Shown: one piece after another, positions 12,875 to 25,620 of the stretch
Layout of the letters: each line of letters opens with the position of its first letter
How positions within the stretch are numbered: position 1 is the first letter of the stretch
Notes under the pieces: generated by a model
Databases searched by the model: none
Seen by the model: the letters and a program-made list of their open reading frames with translations, nothing else
What the model was told of the DNA's origin: nothing
Translations under genes and position numbers: made by a program
Assembly (NCBI RefSeq): GCF_036321535.1
Contig: NC_087436.1
Span: 63,056,001 to 63,120,000 of the forward strand
Length of the DNA stretch: 64,000 bases
From: Camelus dromedarius
Lineage: Eukaryota
Reading direction: 5' to 3'

Positions 12875-13390
12875 TGTTTTATTGTGAAACAATCTCAAAA
12901 TTACCAAAAGGTTGAATGTAATTCAATACCTTTTTTATGAACCATCTGAGAAATGACAGGATGCTGCATCATTTCTGGTTTCCTCAGTATGTATTTTCTA
13001 AAACAAGTATATTCTCCTACACAACCACAAGTCAGCCATCAAAATCAGAAATTTATCACTGACACATTACTAACACCTAATCCCAAGACCACACGGAAGT
13101 CTCTCCAACTGTGCCAATAATATCCCTTAAGGCAAAAATCCAGCTCAGATTCATGGGTTGTATTTAGTCATATTTCAGCTCCATCAATCTGGAACAGTTT
13201 TTACTTTCCCTGACTTTAACAGCCTTGACACTTTTTTGAAGATTACAGGACAGTTATTTTGTAGAATGTCCCTCAATTTGGGTTTGTCTGACTTTACCCC
13301 CCATTTAGGTATGGGTTATACATCTCTGGCAGGAAGTACTTCCCATTTCATCCTCTCAGGTGGCACTGCTTCAATTTCCCCATTATTAAA
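12875..13390 (-). mobile_element. Old L1 3' UTR (L1MC-like)
   Basis: 'catcaaaatcagaaatttatcactgacacattac', 'ttttgaagattacaggacagttattttgtagaatgtccctcaatttgggtttgtctga'. Confidence 0.75.
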
Positions 13391-13429
13391 GATACCCCTT
13401 AGATCACTGAATTCACTTTCTGTCTGTTG

Positions 13430-14400
13430 GACTCTTCCCTCTCCTCCCTTGCTGTGCACTAGCATCCTCTTCCAAACTGCTGTCCAGACACTCTCCCCAC
13501 AGCACTTGTGCTATGACACTTCACATTTAGCTGACCTCAAGTGACCCTCTTCACCTCACCTGATTCTGACCCTCTGCGCTGTCCTGTTCCAGTGAGTGAA
13601 TGCCCTTATTACACCTCTCAGTCTCTGACACCTGAGACCGATACCCTCTCATGCCATTTGCTTCTTTTGCCCCATCTGGTCTACTTCCAACACTCTAGGC
13701 TGACTTGCCTCCCTGCACAGCTATAATACCCTATATATTGATGTCCTTTAAAATCTTTAATGGGTTCTGACATCTCACACCTGACTGTCCCCTGTGTGAA
13801 AGCCCTACTCACTCTGCTTCGACTCGATCCCTTATGGGGCTCACCTGCTACCATATTGATAACCTTCCCACCTCACCTGGATTCTGATACCTCATTATGA
13901 GCTATCTCACCACTTAGCTATTCTCTTTGCTTCATATAGCCAAGCCAGCTCCCCTTCTCATGCAATGCCTCACCACCACCCCCACAGCCTTGACACAATT
14001 AAGCTCCAACACCCTGCATTGCCTACTTCCCTGTATTGCCACCCAAACCCCTCCCAGGCTCCTACACCCTGTGCCAGCCCCTCCCCATCCCCCCCTCCAG
14101 TGGAAACTTTTCTCACCCCACTCAGGATCTGACTGCATGTGCTAAGCAGCTACCTTGTGTAAATGTCCTTTCATGATGTACAGGCTCTGATACTGCCCAC
14201 TGGGCTTCCTCCTGTGTAGAATCCTTGCATGCACAATTTATACTGACACTTCATGCTAAGTTGTGCTCTTATTTCCCCATGTAGACACCTCACCTTGCCT
14301 GGACTCTGACACCTAGCTCTGGACCACCATTGCTCCCCATATTCTCTTGTGCTTTACTTTACTTGATTCCATCCAATGCTTTTGGATAGAATTGTGGAGA
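13430..14400. repeat. C-rich degenerate tandem array, ~55-60 bp unit, probably inside an ancient interspersed repeat
   Basis: Recurring (g)ctctgacacc-like core at ~13564, 13622, 13685, 13764, 13880, 14003, 14058, 14184, 14241, 14302, often preceded by cctcacc(t)tg. Confidence 0.6.
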
Positions 14401-15559
14401 AGGGAAGGGAAGAAGACAGAAAGGAAGGGAAGGGGAAAAGAAAGAGGAAAAGGCTGAGTGCTCACTTCTAACTTATGCTGTATTTTATTTAAATATGTAA
14501 GATACCATAAATCCTATTTTTAAATTACTCACAAATAAATAAACAACCTTGTTTTAAGTGAGCTATATATAGTCTCAAATGCATTACCATGATGTTCAAC
14601 AATTTGTGTCAAAAGAAAGTATTTATCAGAATAATGTTTTACAAATTTATAGCTCCAAAGATGATTCAGATTTAAGTTAGGTTCTCTTGGATAAAGGCCA
14701 GTTTTCCTTTTAAATCTCTTGAAACCCTTGCCTAAAATTTCTTAAGAAAGCCACAAGTTGAACTTCCACTTCATAATATTTATTCATGTGATACTGACAA
14801 GAACTATCCTGACGTAAGAGCAAAGGGCAGTGATAAGCAGAATGAAATAAATAATGATAAGCAGGATAAAATGATTATCCTGAATATTTTATATATCTCT
14901 TTCAAGAGCTACTGGATCAAATGCTAATTTTTAAAAAAAATTAAGTTTGCATTTAATCCACTTGCAGAAAGAACATTAAGACCCATTATGTGACATTCTA
15001 TAATGGAAAAGAAAAGGTCATAACTAAATTGGAGAAAGGCTTTCATCCACTAATGTACAGAGCAGCAGCACCGGCTCCACCACTGCTATGAATCAGCATG
15101 AGAAATCTCCATTAGCCTGAAACGAAAGCAGATTCCAGTTCAACGTGTTGAGACCTATCCACAAGTTTTATGTTATTTTTGTACAGATAACTAGTGAACA
15201 TTCAGGAAAGTAATTGAGATAGCATCTCTAAGAATTCTTCTTGTGAGGTCCCAACCGCCCCCTCTCAGCTCTCCACTGATGAGGATAGCCCCTCCCACCC
15301 TTTCTCAGTCTTTTTTCCCCTTATTCAATAAACAAGCGTGAAAATATTTTCCTTAGAAACAAACTTCAATTTTTACACTGCTGCAAAACAAGGCACTCTG
15401 AAACTTAGTGGCTAAAATTAACAATAATCCCGGGCTTCCTAAAAATACATCCCTTACTCTTCCTTGAATTCAAATGCATACTCATACACTGTGTGCTCTC
15501 AACCTAATTTTCAAGATTAATTCTGAAGATGATCTCAAATTTTGCCCCCTATTACTATA

Positions 15560-16330
15560 AGCTCTCTTCCAAATTTGAAATTTATATTATGATGTCACAC
15601 TGAGATCATCATCCTCCTATCCTCATTCTTCTGTGATTCTGTGCTCCCCCTTCCTCCTATGGTTTCCCATTGATGACATTAAATCCACAGATTGCCTAAG
15701 CCATGATTTCTACCACATTCATCCCTAAAACTGGTCAATCGGCAAGTCCTCCAGATCTTAAAATGTTTCTAAAAATCTTCTTGTTCTTTTTTATTCTATT
15801 TCTCTGGCCTGGTTAATTGACTCCTTGTCAGTTGGAAAACCTCCAATCTGATCACTGTTTCTACTATCTGCCCTTAGAAATCTATTGCCCACTATAATTA
15901 CCTCCAAAAACACGTGTCAGTAATTTTACTGCTAGAAGTTTTTAAAGACACTTACAAAAGTAAGTCTAAAAGACTTGGCAACATATTGATACTCTGCTAT
16001 CTAAGAGATCCAATCTTCCATTCCCAGTGGCTCCTCCACCTCCTGCGATGAGCACCTAGTTTCACATCTTTCCCCCATTCTCATACATTAATGACTACCA
16101 CAAGGAATTTTTTCCCATCTACTAGAAACAATTACAGTGCTGCTTTAGCACCTCTGTAATGACTTCGTTACAGCATTTATCAATGTGTCTTGTATTACAT
16201 TTACTTCTTAATGTATTTAGAGATAAATCATCCCTCATAGGGATTATTATCTCACATTCATAACTTTACCTTAAACATCTACAATGGTGAATTGATCATC
16301 TCAGATGTTCAATATATACTGAGTTAAAAT
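15560..16330 (+). mobile_element. L2 remnant
   Basis: Pyrimidine-rich L2 motifs ('ccacagattgcctaagcca', 'tcaatcggcaagtcct'), ending 'cagatgttcaatatatactgagtt'. Confidence 0.55.
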
Positions 16331-16379
16331 GTGATTATGGAATTTATGGCAAAGGTGACCACACATTGAGATGTGAAAT

Positions 16380-17575
16380 AGATTCACTTTTTGGTAAGCG
16401 GTAAAAGCCAAGTAGATAATCATGTTAAAAAAAAAAAAATCTTCACTCCTACCTCATAATATTAACACAAAATAATTTGAGATAGATTGAAGATCTCAGT
16501 GTAAAAGTAAATAATAAAGCTTAGAAAGAAAGCACAGGAGAAAATCTGTATAATCATAGGCTGAAAATATTTTACAGGATATAATAAACACTATTCACAA
16601 AGATTACAAAATTATAAACTGAATTGTGGAAAGATACAATTAAGAAAATGATACGGCAAGTGACAGACATGGAGATGATACCTGCTGTTCTGCATCTGAT
16701 AAATGATTCTACCTTCAATATATAATAAATACTACAAATTCATCTAAAAGTAAAATACATAATCCAATAGAAGAATAGAGAAAATAATTGAACAGGTCTT
16801 TCACAAAATTAAATATCCTAAGCTGGGGCAGGGATTAAATTTTATTACTAATCATGGAAAGCCTACTAAAAGAGTTAGGGCCTCAAACACCAAGTTCTGA
16901 TTATGTGGAGCAAACAGCATTCACATCTACTGCTAAAGGCCACGTAAGATGGTCAACCATTTTGGGGAAAAAAAAATTGGTGATATTTTTAAAAACTTGA
17001 CTTGATATGGCAACTCTATAGCCTAGAAATTTTACTAATTATATACCTAACAAAAATGTCACCAAAAGATAGACACTAGAATGTTCACAAACTCAGTATT
17101 CGTGATAGCCCTGACCTGAGACTACCTAAATATTCACCAGTGGTAGATGAAATTACTAACTGTGGTCGAGTAACACTGTTGAAGCTACACACTAATAACA
17201 ATAGAAAGAGCACAGCTACATACAACAATATAGATGAATCTTAAAAACAAAATGATAATGACAAAGCCGAAGAGAAAACTGTGTGATTCAATCTGTATAA
17301 AAATTCAGAAACAAGGAGATTATTATTTTATAGTATGTTGAAAGGGTAGTTACCTTTGACAGAAGGTTGTGACTAGAAGGTTGCATGGGGAATCTTCTGG
17401 GAAAGTAGAAATATTCTGTATTGTTTTTATCATTAGGTATTTTGTTATTTTTATTGTTCTACATCTGGGCACTGGTTACACAGATGTGTTCAATCTGCAG
17501 AAATTCATAGATCTGTACACTTATGATATATGTTCTTTTTAACATATATGCTATACCTGATTAAAAGTTTAAAAC
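16380..17575 (+). mobile_element. Old L1 (L1ME/L1MD-like) ORF2 end and 3' UTR
   Basis: 'gagatagattgaagatctcagtgtaaaag', 'agaatgttcacaaactcagtattcgtgatagcc', 'acaacaatatagatgaatctt', 'cagaaattcatagatctgtacacttatgat'. Confidence 0.75.
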
Positions 17576-19559
17576 ATTTGTACAGTAAAGTATTTACCTA
17601 TGTGGACATAATTATCTAAAATATATAAATATATATCGATCTGCAAAAGTGTTCTATTACTATAATGACAAACTTTAGCTATAAGCTTGCATTAACACTA
17701 GGGAAGTAGAAATTTTGAGGAGTCCTAGGAGAACTGGAATGCCATTCTAAATGATTGTGATGTAAAAAAACCTATGGCATGTTGTAACTTCAAGGAGAAT
17801 GAGGCTGTGTGTTCCCAGCCTATAACTACCTGTATCTATACCCCAGGCCTAAAAAAGAAATTATTTGGAATCTTAATGCCAATGTTAGTGACCCAAAGAA
17901 TATATAATTTGCCCCAGTTACTTTATGTTTTTCTTTTATGCTTTATTTTATTAATATATTAGATCCTTTAAAAAATTCTTTATTGACTGTGAGTGTAGAG
18001 TGCTGGAAGCTGACTATCTAATGATTAGGAAAAAATATACACAATTTTCTGGAGGAAATAAACAAAAGAAAATGTGCACTTATGTATTTCTTTTCTGTAC
18101 TTGGTTTTAAAGATTTCTTGGATTGGAAGCCACTCAATTTTTCGATCTAAATATTAGTTAAATTTTCTAGCTTTTTAGTGAATTTGTACAAATGTAATGA
18201 TACCTAAGTTAGCAAGATAAACACTGTGATGAGTTGGGGTTAATATACCACAGGCTGTAAACTTCATATTACCTATTACAATACTACAATAAAACATAAG
18301 AAAATGGGGTTCAGAATCAACAAATGACAGCTATTATCAGTAATAACAAAATATAAGAATTATTATTAATAGATTTCCTTAAAATAAGAAGGAAATTAAG
18401 TTGTATTTATGCTTAATAAATGATTGACATTATATAGCAGAATCAAAAGTTCAGCAAATGCTCTGTAATCTTTTAATGTAATTTACTCAAAATTTGACCC
18501 ACAAAAATTATTTTGAAATTTCTACTATCTGATCATCTTTTTTTGCCATCTTTTTCTATTAGTTTCAAAACTTATAAAAAAGCATCTTTAATGTTCCTTA
18601 CAAAGGAAAAGGCCAAATAAAGTCAAGCTTCTTTTTAACCTAGAAATCAACTAGGTGGTTAATACATTCATTTTACTGTATAATTTGAATCTAAGAATTT
18701 GTATTTTCCAAAAGATTGGGTTTTGGAGGAAGCTATGTCTAAGTTTAGTTCATGTTAGTTGCTCCAGATGAACCTAAAATGTTCAGAATCTCTGGATGTC
18801 TTCGAGAGTTGTGTGTGCTCCTAAGTGTGTGTTTATGGAGGTGTGTGGGTGTGTGTACACATATACTATACTCCATGCATTTGTAAAAACAACTATATCA
18901 TTATTAGCATGTATCTTTTAGAAATGGAAAGAATCCTCCCTTTATCATTTTTTTAATGATTCAGCCTGGAAAATATTCCTTAGTGCATATCTAAAGCAAA
19001 AATGTAAGAGGTGGATCACCTATAAAAAAGTACACAATCATTTTTGATTATTAAACTTTTCAATTTTGCCCTGAATTAGCTGATATTATAGTAATGTCAA
19101 GTGTGGTTAACTTAGAACTCTGCTTATAATTTTTTTTGCAATTTTCCTGCCAAATAAATTTCATTCACTGCATTTTCCAAATTTTACATTAGACTATAGA
19201 TTCAAATTTAATGAAAGCACATTCCAGTTGAAATGAAAACTAATTGTATGACCCTGGGGAAGTAGCTCAATCTCTCTGAATAGGTGGTAGGTACATGGTC
19301 AACACTCTGCTGAGCTTTTAAATTCATCACATCTTATTTTATTAATCTGCAAAGTCTAAATAAGGACACTTAGGGTATAAAAAATAAGATAGTTACTATC
19401 ATTAATAATTACAACCTTTAAATATTATTTCTTGAGTACTCTTCATAGGCATGTGAAATGTATGACAGAATGACTAAGAAGATGAATGGATGGATGTATC
19501 TAAGTTACACATTTAAGAAATTATAGGTGTACTATCAGATAACCTATTTTCTTCCCTTC

Positions 19560-20065
19560 ATCCTTTTATTCAAAATACTTAACAGAATTCCTATCAATTT
19601 CTAGTCATTGTGCCAGACACTAGTAATATAAATAAAAATTCCACATCTAATAGGGGAAGCAGACAAGTAAAGTAATACTGCAATACAGTATGACAATTGT
19701 TATGATAGAAATATAGAGTTGCATGGCTGTGTGGTAGAAGGGCATCTGAAATACGGGGAAGCGAGTCATCAGGCAATAAAATGCCTCAAAGAACAAGTAA
19801 GAGATAGGTGCCACAGGAGTGTGATACAATAATGGCAAACTCACAATGGTTCAAGAGCAGAGAAAACTTTGTGTAAATGACATTGGACTTCATCTGTTTC
19901 TCTACAGAGATTGGTGAGAAATGCCACTAGGAAGGTAAACTGAGGTTAGATTATGTAGAACACGTTTTATATCATGACAAAGAGTCTGGAAACGTTTCTA
20001 TAGGTAACAGGAAGCATGAGAAAACATTAAATAATTGAATGATATGATCAGGTACATATTTTCAA
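19560..20065 (-). mobile_element. L2 remnant
   Basis: 'ttattcaaaatactt...tgtgccagacactagta', 'gaatgatatgatcaggtacatattttcaaataagatca'. Confidence 0.55.
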
Positions 20066-20094
20066 ATAAGATCATTACAGGCAAAAAAATTACC

Positions 20095-20206
20095 AGAGTT
20101 TATGGATGGAGGGAATCCTTTCACAATGTGTGTATTGAATCATACATTGTACACTTTAATATCTTAATTTTATTTGTCGATTATACCTCAATAAAGCTGA
20201 AAAAAT
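20095..20206 (+). mobile_element. Short L1 3' end
   Basis: 'cattgtacactttaatatcttaattttatttgtcgattatacctcaataaagctgaaaaaa'. Confidence 0.75.
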
Positions 20207-21448
20207 ACTACAGTTTAAGCAAATGCTACTTTAATGGAAATTGATGCATATGATTGACAGGTTTTTCTAAGAAATTAGAGATCAAAATTAAGCAAAAAGA
20301 AGGATTAAGAAAAATATAACAGAGATTAGACAAGTTACCTATCAGTTTCCCATAGTGGAAAGAGATTAAAGGGGAAGGATGAACAGAAAATAATAAGTAC
20401 AGCACTGAAAATAGTTGATTTTTGCCCTGATGAATACCTGTTATACCATGGGATTAACACTGCGCTATGGGTGGCATCATGAACTTAGTGTACTGCTCTG
20501 GTGAATATTATGGAGTGTTAAAAATGTAAACATATAAATAAAAATACAAATACTTTTAGCCCATATGTTCCCCCCTATAAGAATTTTAAAAAAGAGAAAG
20601 TACTCTACTGATCTCTACAGAACAACTTTTGCCAACGTGATAGCTCTTGAGTAGTTCATTTTAAATTAGTTCATCTGAACTTGAACTAATTGCACTCACT
20701 GTAAAACTATGATTTCTGGTCAAAATAATATCGGTCAATTGAAATGGGTACATTTTTCCCTTTTTATTTTTAGGGGAATAAATCAACATCTTGATAGACA
20801 GACAGATAGATAAGTAGATAATGTAAATGTAGTGATGAAGCATAAGAAGTATACTGAGAGATTTTCCTGATTTGCATGTTCAGAAGGTACCGTTTAAACA
20901 AGCACTTGCTTTCTAAAACTAATTTATTATTAAAAACAATTATAAATTGGTGACAGGTAAAATATTTGCAACACGCTGACAAATGTTAGTACATAGAATA
21001 ATAAGCACTGAATAAAATCATCTAGTATGCTGACATGGAACAAGTTATTTTCCTCACCCCTCTGTGAAATGAGATCACAAAAGGTGGAGAAAACCCATGG
21101 GAATATCAATACACAGGTTATAAGAGCTGGAACATGACAAGTGAGAGACAAGCTAAATGATACTTCTGCAAGAACCAGTTCTTTTAACAAAATCAGACGA
21201 GTTAGCCACAGGCTTCCATACAGATTTCTGAATAAGAAGTCCAAATAATTAGAATATTCAGACTCTTAATTTTTGGTTAGTTAGTTGGGTGCAAATTATA
21301 TCTTTGCCACTACAATCTGCACTTCTCTAACAACAGATGTGAATTTGAGTATGCATTATTTTATGTTTTCAACTTACATTTCTATGAATTTTCTATTCAT
21401 ATCCTTAATACTTTTTGATTTTATCTTTTTCTTGAAAATATGTGATCA

Positions 21449-21562
21449 TTTTTTTAAAAAAAAATTATTGAAGCGTACTTGATTTACAATGTTACTTTCA
21501 GGTGTACAGCAAAGTTATTCACTTGTACATATACATACTTTTTTTTTCCTTTTCAGATTCTT
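21449..21562 (-). mobile_element. Short L1 3' end (cetartiodactyl type)
   Basis: 'ttattgaagcgtacttgatttacaatgttactttcaggtgtacagcaaagttattca'. Confidence 0.75.
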
Positions 21563-21569
21563 ATAATTC

Positions 21570-22300
21570 TTTTCTTTTGTCACGTGCAGTACACATTTAT
21601 TTTTTTCCAATGCTTTCATGTCTTTTTATTTTTTTTTACCATATCTTTAAACATAAAAAGATTTTTTAAACTTTAGCCATATATGAATACATTTTACTTT
21701 ATAAATTCAGGATCTAAATCTTATATAACTTCTCTAAATGTAATTTCCTAAATTTACCTGATAGAATTTAATTTTCTTTTTCTATTTATATTTATAATAT
21801 ATAAGAATTTAATTACATTACAAATGTATATACATTTTTATTTTCTTCCAGCTGGTTAACGAATGTGCCAGCACCAACTATTTCAAATCTATCCTCTGTC
21901 TACTGAATTCAAATACATGTATACATATATGGGTGTATATGGATGTCAAATTTTCTGAGATACATTTCTTAATTCTCTAATTTGTTCTACTGATGCGTAT
22001 TTGACTATTCTGTACAAGTGTAATTTTAATTCAATTAAATAGATTTCTTTATTGCCCTCTTTCCCTATGTTTTTGTGGCTATTCCTTATCACAAATTTTT
22101 CTGTAAAGTATAATTGTAAAATATTCATTAGTATAGCTCTCAGGCCATCTATTTTGTTGTCTTTTAATGATGCATTTTAAATTAACTGTCTGTATTCCTC
22201 TACAGTGGTTGGCCTAAACAAGTTTTTCACTTTGTGGGTTAATTTTACTTATTATCATTTTTCTTGGAAGATAACCTTTCCATTTAGTTTCTCAAATCCT
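21570..22300 (-). mobile_element. Highly diverged L1 (L1ME-like) fragment; probably resumes at ~25630-25900
   Basis: T-rich antisense L1 motifs ('ccagcaccaactatttcaaatctatcctc', 'ctaatttgttctactgat'). Confidence 0.45.
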
Positions 22301-22303
22301 TGC

Positions 22304-22725
22304 TATAGTGGATGTCTCTGATGCTCCAACCAGTCCCTTATTCAGGGACAACAATATTACCCAGCACCACGTAACAGTTGTCAGATACTTGCCTAACTAT
22401 GAATTGTCTTCAGACACAGGAAGTTGCCAAAGTTTATGTTCCTTTCCATGAGACAGTGGATGAGAAACACCAGAGTTAAGCAGGTAAGCAAAGACTAGGC
22501 CCCCTGGTCTCAATTTTGGACCACTCTAAAGGACCCTTCTGGGTTCACAGTTCCAGGCAGGACTGGCTTCAGCCTTAGTGGCAACTGCATTATGGTTCAG
22601 CTTCTCCTTCTTTCCACTTCCTCCTACCTTCCCTGCACTTGTATGTTCCAAGTTATTCTTTAATGAACCACCTATGCACAGCTTTCAATCTGAGAGTCTG
22701 TTTCTAGGGAATTCAATCTAAGACA
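22304..22725 (+). mobile_element. ERVL LTR (LTR16-like), 5' LTR of a partial provirus
   Basis: Ends 'tctgagagtctgtttctagggaattcaatctaagaca'; contains 'gcaactgcattatggttcagcttctccttct'; followed directly by ERVL internal start. Confidence 0.75.
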
Positions 22726-25620
22726 TTTGGAGCCTTGGGGTGGTCCTGAGAAATAGGATCAAAAATCAAATTTTGGAGATGGATCACTAACTGGCCATCT
22801 TGCAATGAGGACCTTATGTTGTTGGTAAATGGTGGAGGGATCACTCCTAGCAATTGTTAGAAATTTTCTCAGTAGTGATAGGATACAAGTATAAAGGGAT
22901 GTACTGGTAAGTGCAATATTATTAGTTCTTGATAGGCAGGAGGGAAATGTTATGTATAAGGAAAATTAAATGGATTTTTTTGTTGTCAAGCAACTCAGGT
23001 TTACTGAAGAGAGAAAACGACAGGCAAGGAGAGATTATCACTAATTCAAGGCAAACTGTGAAAGCCCAAGGACCAACTTGGCAGTCAAAGAAAGCCTAAT
23101 CTCCCACAGAGAAAGGAGGACTAGGCTCAGAATTAAAACTTAAATGTAACAGATCTTCAGAGAATTTAAAATTCTCAGTCCTGGCAGGTCTCTGATGTCA
23201 AGATCAAGATCTAACAGAGAAGGAATGAAAGCCTTAGACTTGAGTTGGTGATATCTGGGAAGATCCAAATGAGAGCCTTGAACACACTGATTCTCCAGGA
23301 ATATTGGAGCCTTGCTCCCTTCTTGAAAGACAGTAGAATTGCCTCTGAAACAGAGAAGAACAAATCTGACTCCATATTGGATCTATCCTTTAGCTCTAAC
23401 CTTTGTGTTCTGTTGCCTGTGCTTAGTCATGCTGGCTCTGTACCACTGAAAAAAGAATGGTGCCTAAAGCCTGAAATATACATGATAGCACATTCTCAAG
23501 GCTCTGCCTACCAGGCTTGACCTTCGAAGCTATAACACTTTTCATTCATACAGAGATAAAAACCTGCAAAACAGAGAATAACATGTTTTGTGGAGGTTTA
23601 GAGAAACATCAAGAGCTGATCTGTGTGGAAAGCTGCAAGAACAAAGGATTCTGGCATCAAGAAGTTTGCAATAACCAGCCATCCCACCCCACTTTAGTAT
23701 AAAAGAAGCTTGAATTCTAACTCAGATAAGATGGTTTTTTGGGACAACAGTCCACTATCTTCTTGGTCTGCTGGCTTTCCGAATAAAGTCACTATTCCTT
23801 GACTCAACAACTCCTCTCTTGATTTATTGGTCTGGCTTGCAGTGAGCAGTACAAGTTTGGAATTGGTAAAAGAGGAGGAAGGAATCAAGTTGCATAAGAA
23901 GAGTTTATTGATGAGAATATTATCCCCCAAACAGGATTTGATGTTTTGGCATGGACTTGGGGAATAGTATTTGCAAGCTAACATGGATCTTGGAAACTCA
24001 GAAAAACACACGGGCCATACTAAGTAAAGTAGAAATTTCAGAAATGCTGTCAACATGGTGAAGAAAGGGATCACAAATCTCAGAGAGGTGAGCTTGACAG
24101 AGCAGATGCACTCTGGAAGGCCAAGAAAACCACCAGCTGTAAAAGCTTTCTAAGGGAGACCTAGAGGAGCATCTAGTTACCACAGTGATGTGGAATATAC
24201 CACTATCATTTGAGCAGCTCAGTGGTTGGTGACTAGTCTCTGTAGGCTATGGCTGACAATAGGAGATGCTGTTATACAACTGGATTTTCTGATAGCAATG
24301 AGATGGTAAGACCCTAAATAACAGAAGCCAGGTGGTAGCACTTACCTATCAGAAGCAAAGTAGTTACAAATATTATAATAAACAGCAAAATCAGAAGATA
24401 GCTATCAGAGGCTGCCATGCAGAAAGACATGAAATAGTTAAAACAGTATGGCAATCCCCAGAGACAAGATAGATGGACAGGCAACAACGGTATTGACTAA
24501 TTTATATAATGAAAAGAAATCAAGGATGGATGATCAGAAAGCTAAGGACACTAGTGAAAAGTCTCTGTCTCTGGCCAACTTTTTAGATTTGAATTGTTTC
24601 TCTGACCTCCCTGGAGCCCTCTGGACTGAGAAGAAACCAGGCCCTTTTGAAGAAAGATCCTGCAATACCATGGCAAGTGCATTGAGAAGTCATTACCCTT
24701 TGTCTTTTCACATAGGGATCTATGGAAATTTACTCAAGTAACAAGCTTTGGGGAAAAAGAGAATACCTAGATTTTTCAGGAGTTATTGGGTGCAGATACT
24801 GATCTGACATGATTACCTAAGACTCCTGGTTTCATCTGGATCTCCTAGTAGATGTATATGTCACACAGAAACATACAAAAGTCTGGTTTTTAACATCATG
24901 ATGGACTACCTCAGACTGAACCAAGGAGTGGCCCTAACTGCAGCTGTAAGAACTGTTTTTGTTTGTGTTTGTTCAGTTGGTTGGTTTGGTTTGGTTTTAA
25001 AGGCCAGTTTGATATAGCCTTTGACATATGGTATGTTGAAATTGATCTGGTGAATGCAATCCTCTCTATTCCTATTAGGAGGGAGGAAAAGTAGCAATTC
25101 ACATTTATAGGTGATGGACAACAGAATGAATTTGCAGTCTTGGTTGAGAAAATGTAAAATATCCAAAGGCCCCTGGACTATAATGGACAGTTCACAGTTC
25201 CACACGTTGGTCTATGAATCAGACCAGAGTACAAGAACTGGCAAGTACACCTGAAGCCTTGATGAGACACACATGATTGAGATGGTAGGAGATGAACATT
25301 TTGAATTCAGAGGTACATCACATAAGTTTTTAGGGGTATAGTGGCTTTTGGGCATGCAAGATCCAAATCACAGAACAAATTAATGCACTTCAACTCCTAC
25401 TTCTAAGAAGACAGCTTGGTAGTTGAAGGGCCATATTGGGTTCTGATGCATATTCTAAACTTGGGAAGACTCTTCTGTCCTATTTACTGAATGAACCAGA
25501 AGGCTACCAGATTTGAGGTGGTACTCAGAGAGAGAAAGGTTTTTATAGCAAGTCCAGGCTTCAGTGCAAAAAGTTCTGATTTTTAGGCTTTATTACCTTT
25601 CATCCTTATGGTACTAACTG
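22726..25620 (+). mobile_element. ERVL internal region (ERV3-16A3-like), decayed gag/pol, interrupted by an ERV1 LTR
   Basis: Starts 'tttggagccttggggtggtcctgagaaatagg'. 25029-25142 translates WYVEIDLVNAILSIPIRREEK*QFTFIGDGQQNEFAVL, resembling ERVL RT (WYAAIDLANAFFSIP...QFAFSWQGQQYTFTVL). Confidence 0.8.
23346..23871 (+). mobile_element. Solo ERV1-class LTR nested in the ERVL internal region
   Basis: Starts TGAAACAGAGAAGAACAAATCTGACTCCATATTGG; TATAAAA ~23698, AATAAA ~23782; ends 'gagcagtacaagtttggaattggtaaaa' (degenerate GGTAACA). Confidence 0.75.

Noticed and set aside
13430..14400. CRISPR-like array
   Set aside because: Mammalian context, cores highly degenerate, spacers share the same C-rich composition, no cas genes.
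20930..21244. 104-aa hydrophobic minus-strand ORF as a membrane protein
   Set aside because: Non-ATG start, hydrophobicity explained by T-richness, no family motif.
21281..21315. MADE1/mariner-like terminal repeat (ttagttgggtgcaaa...tttgccactac)
   Set aside because: Short, no partner inverted repeat seen, and MADE1 is a primate element; probably chance.
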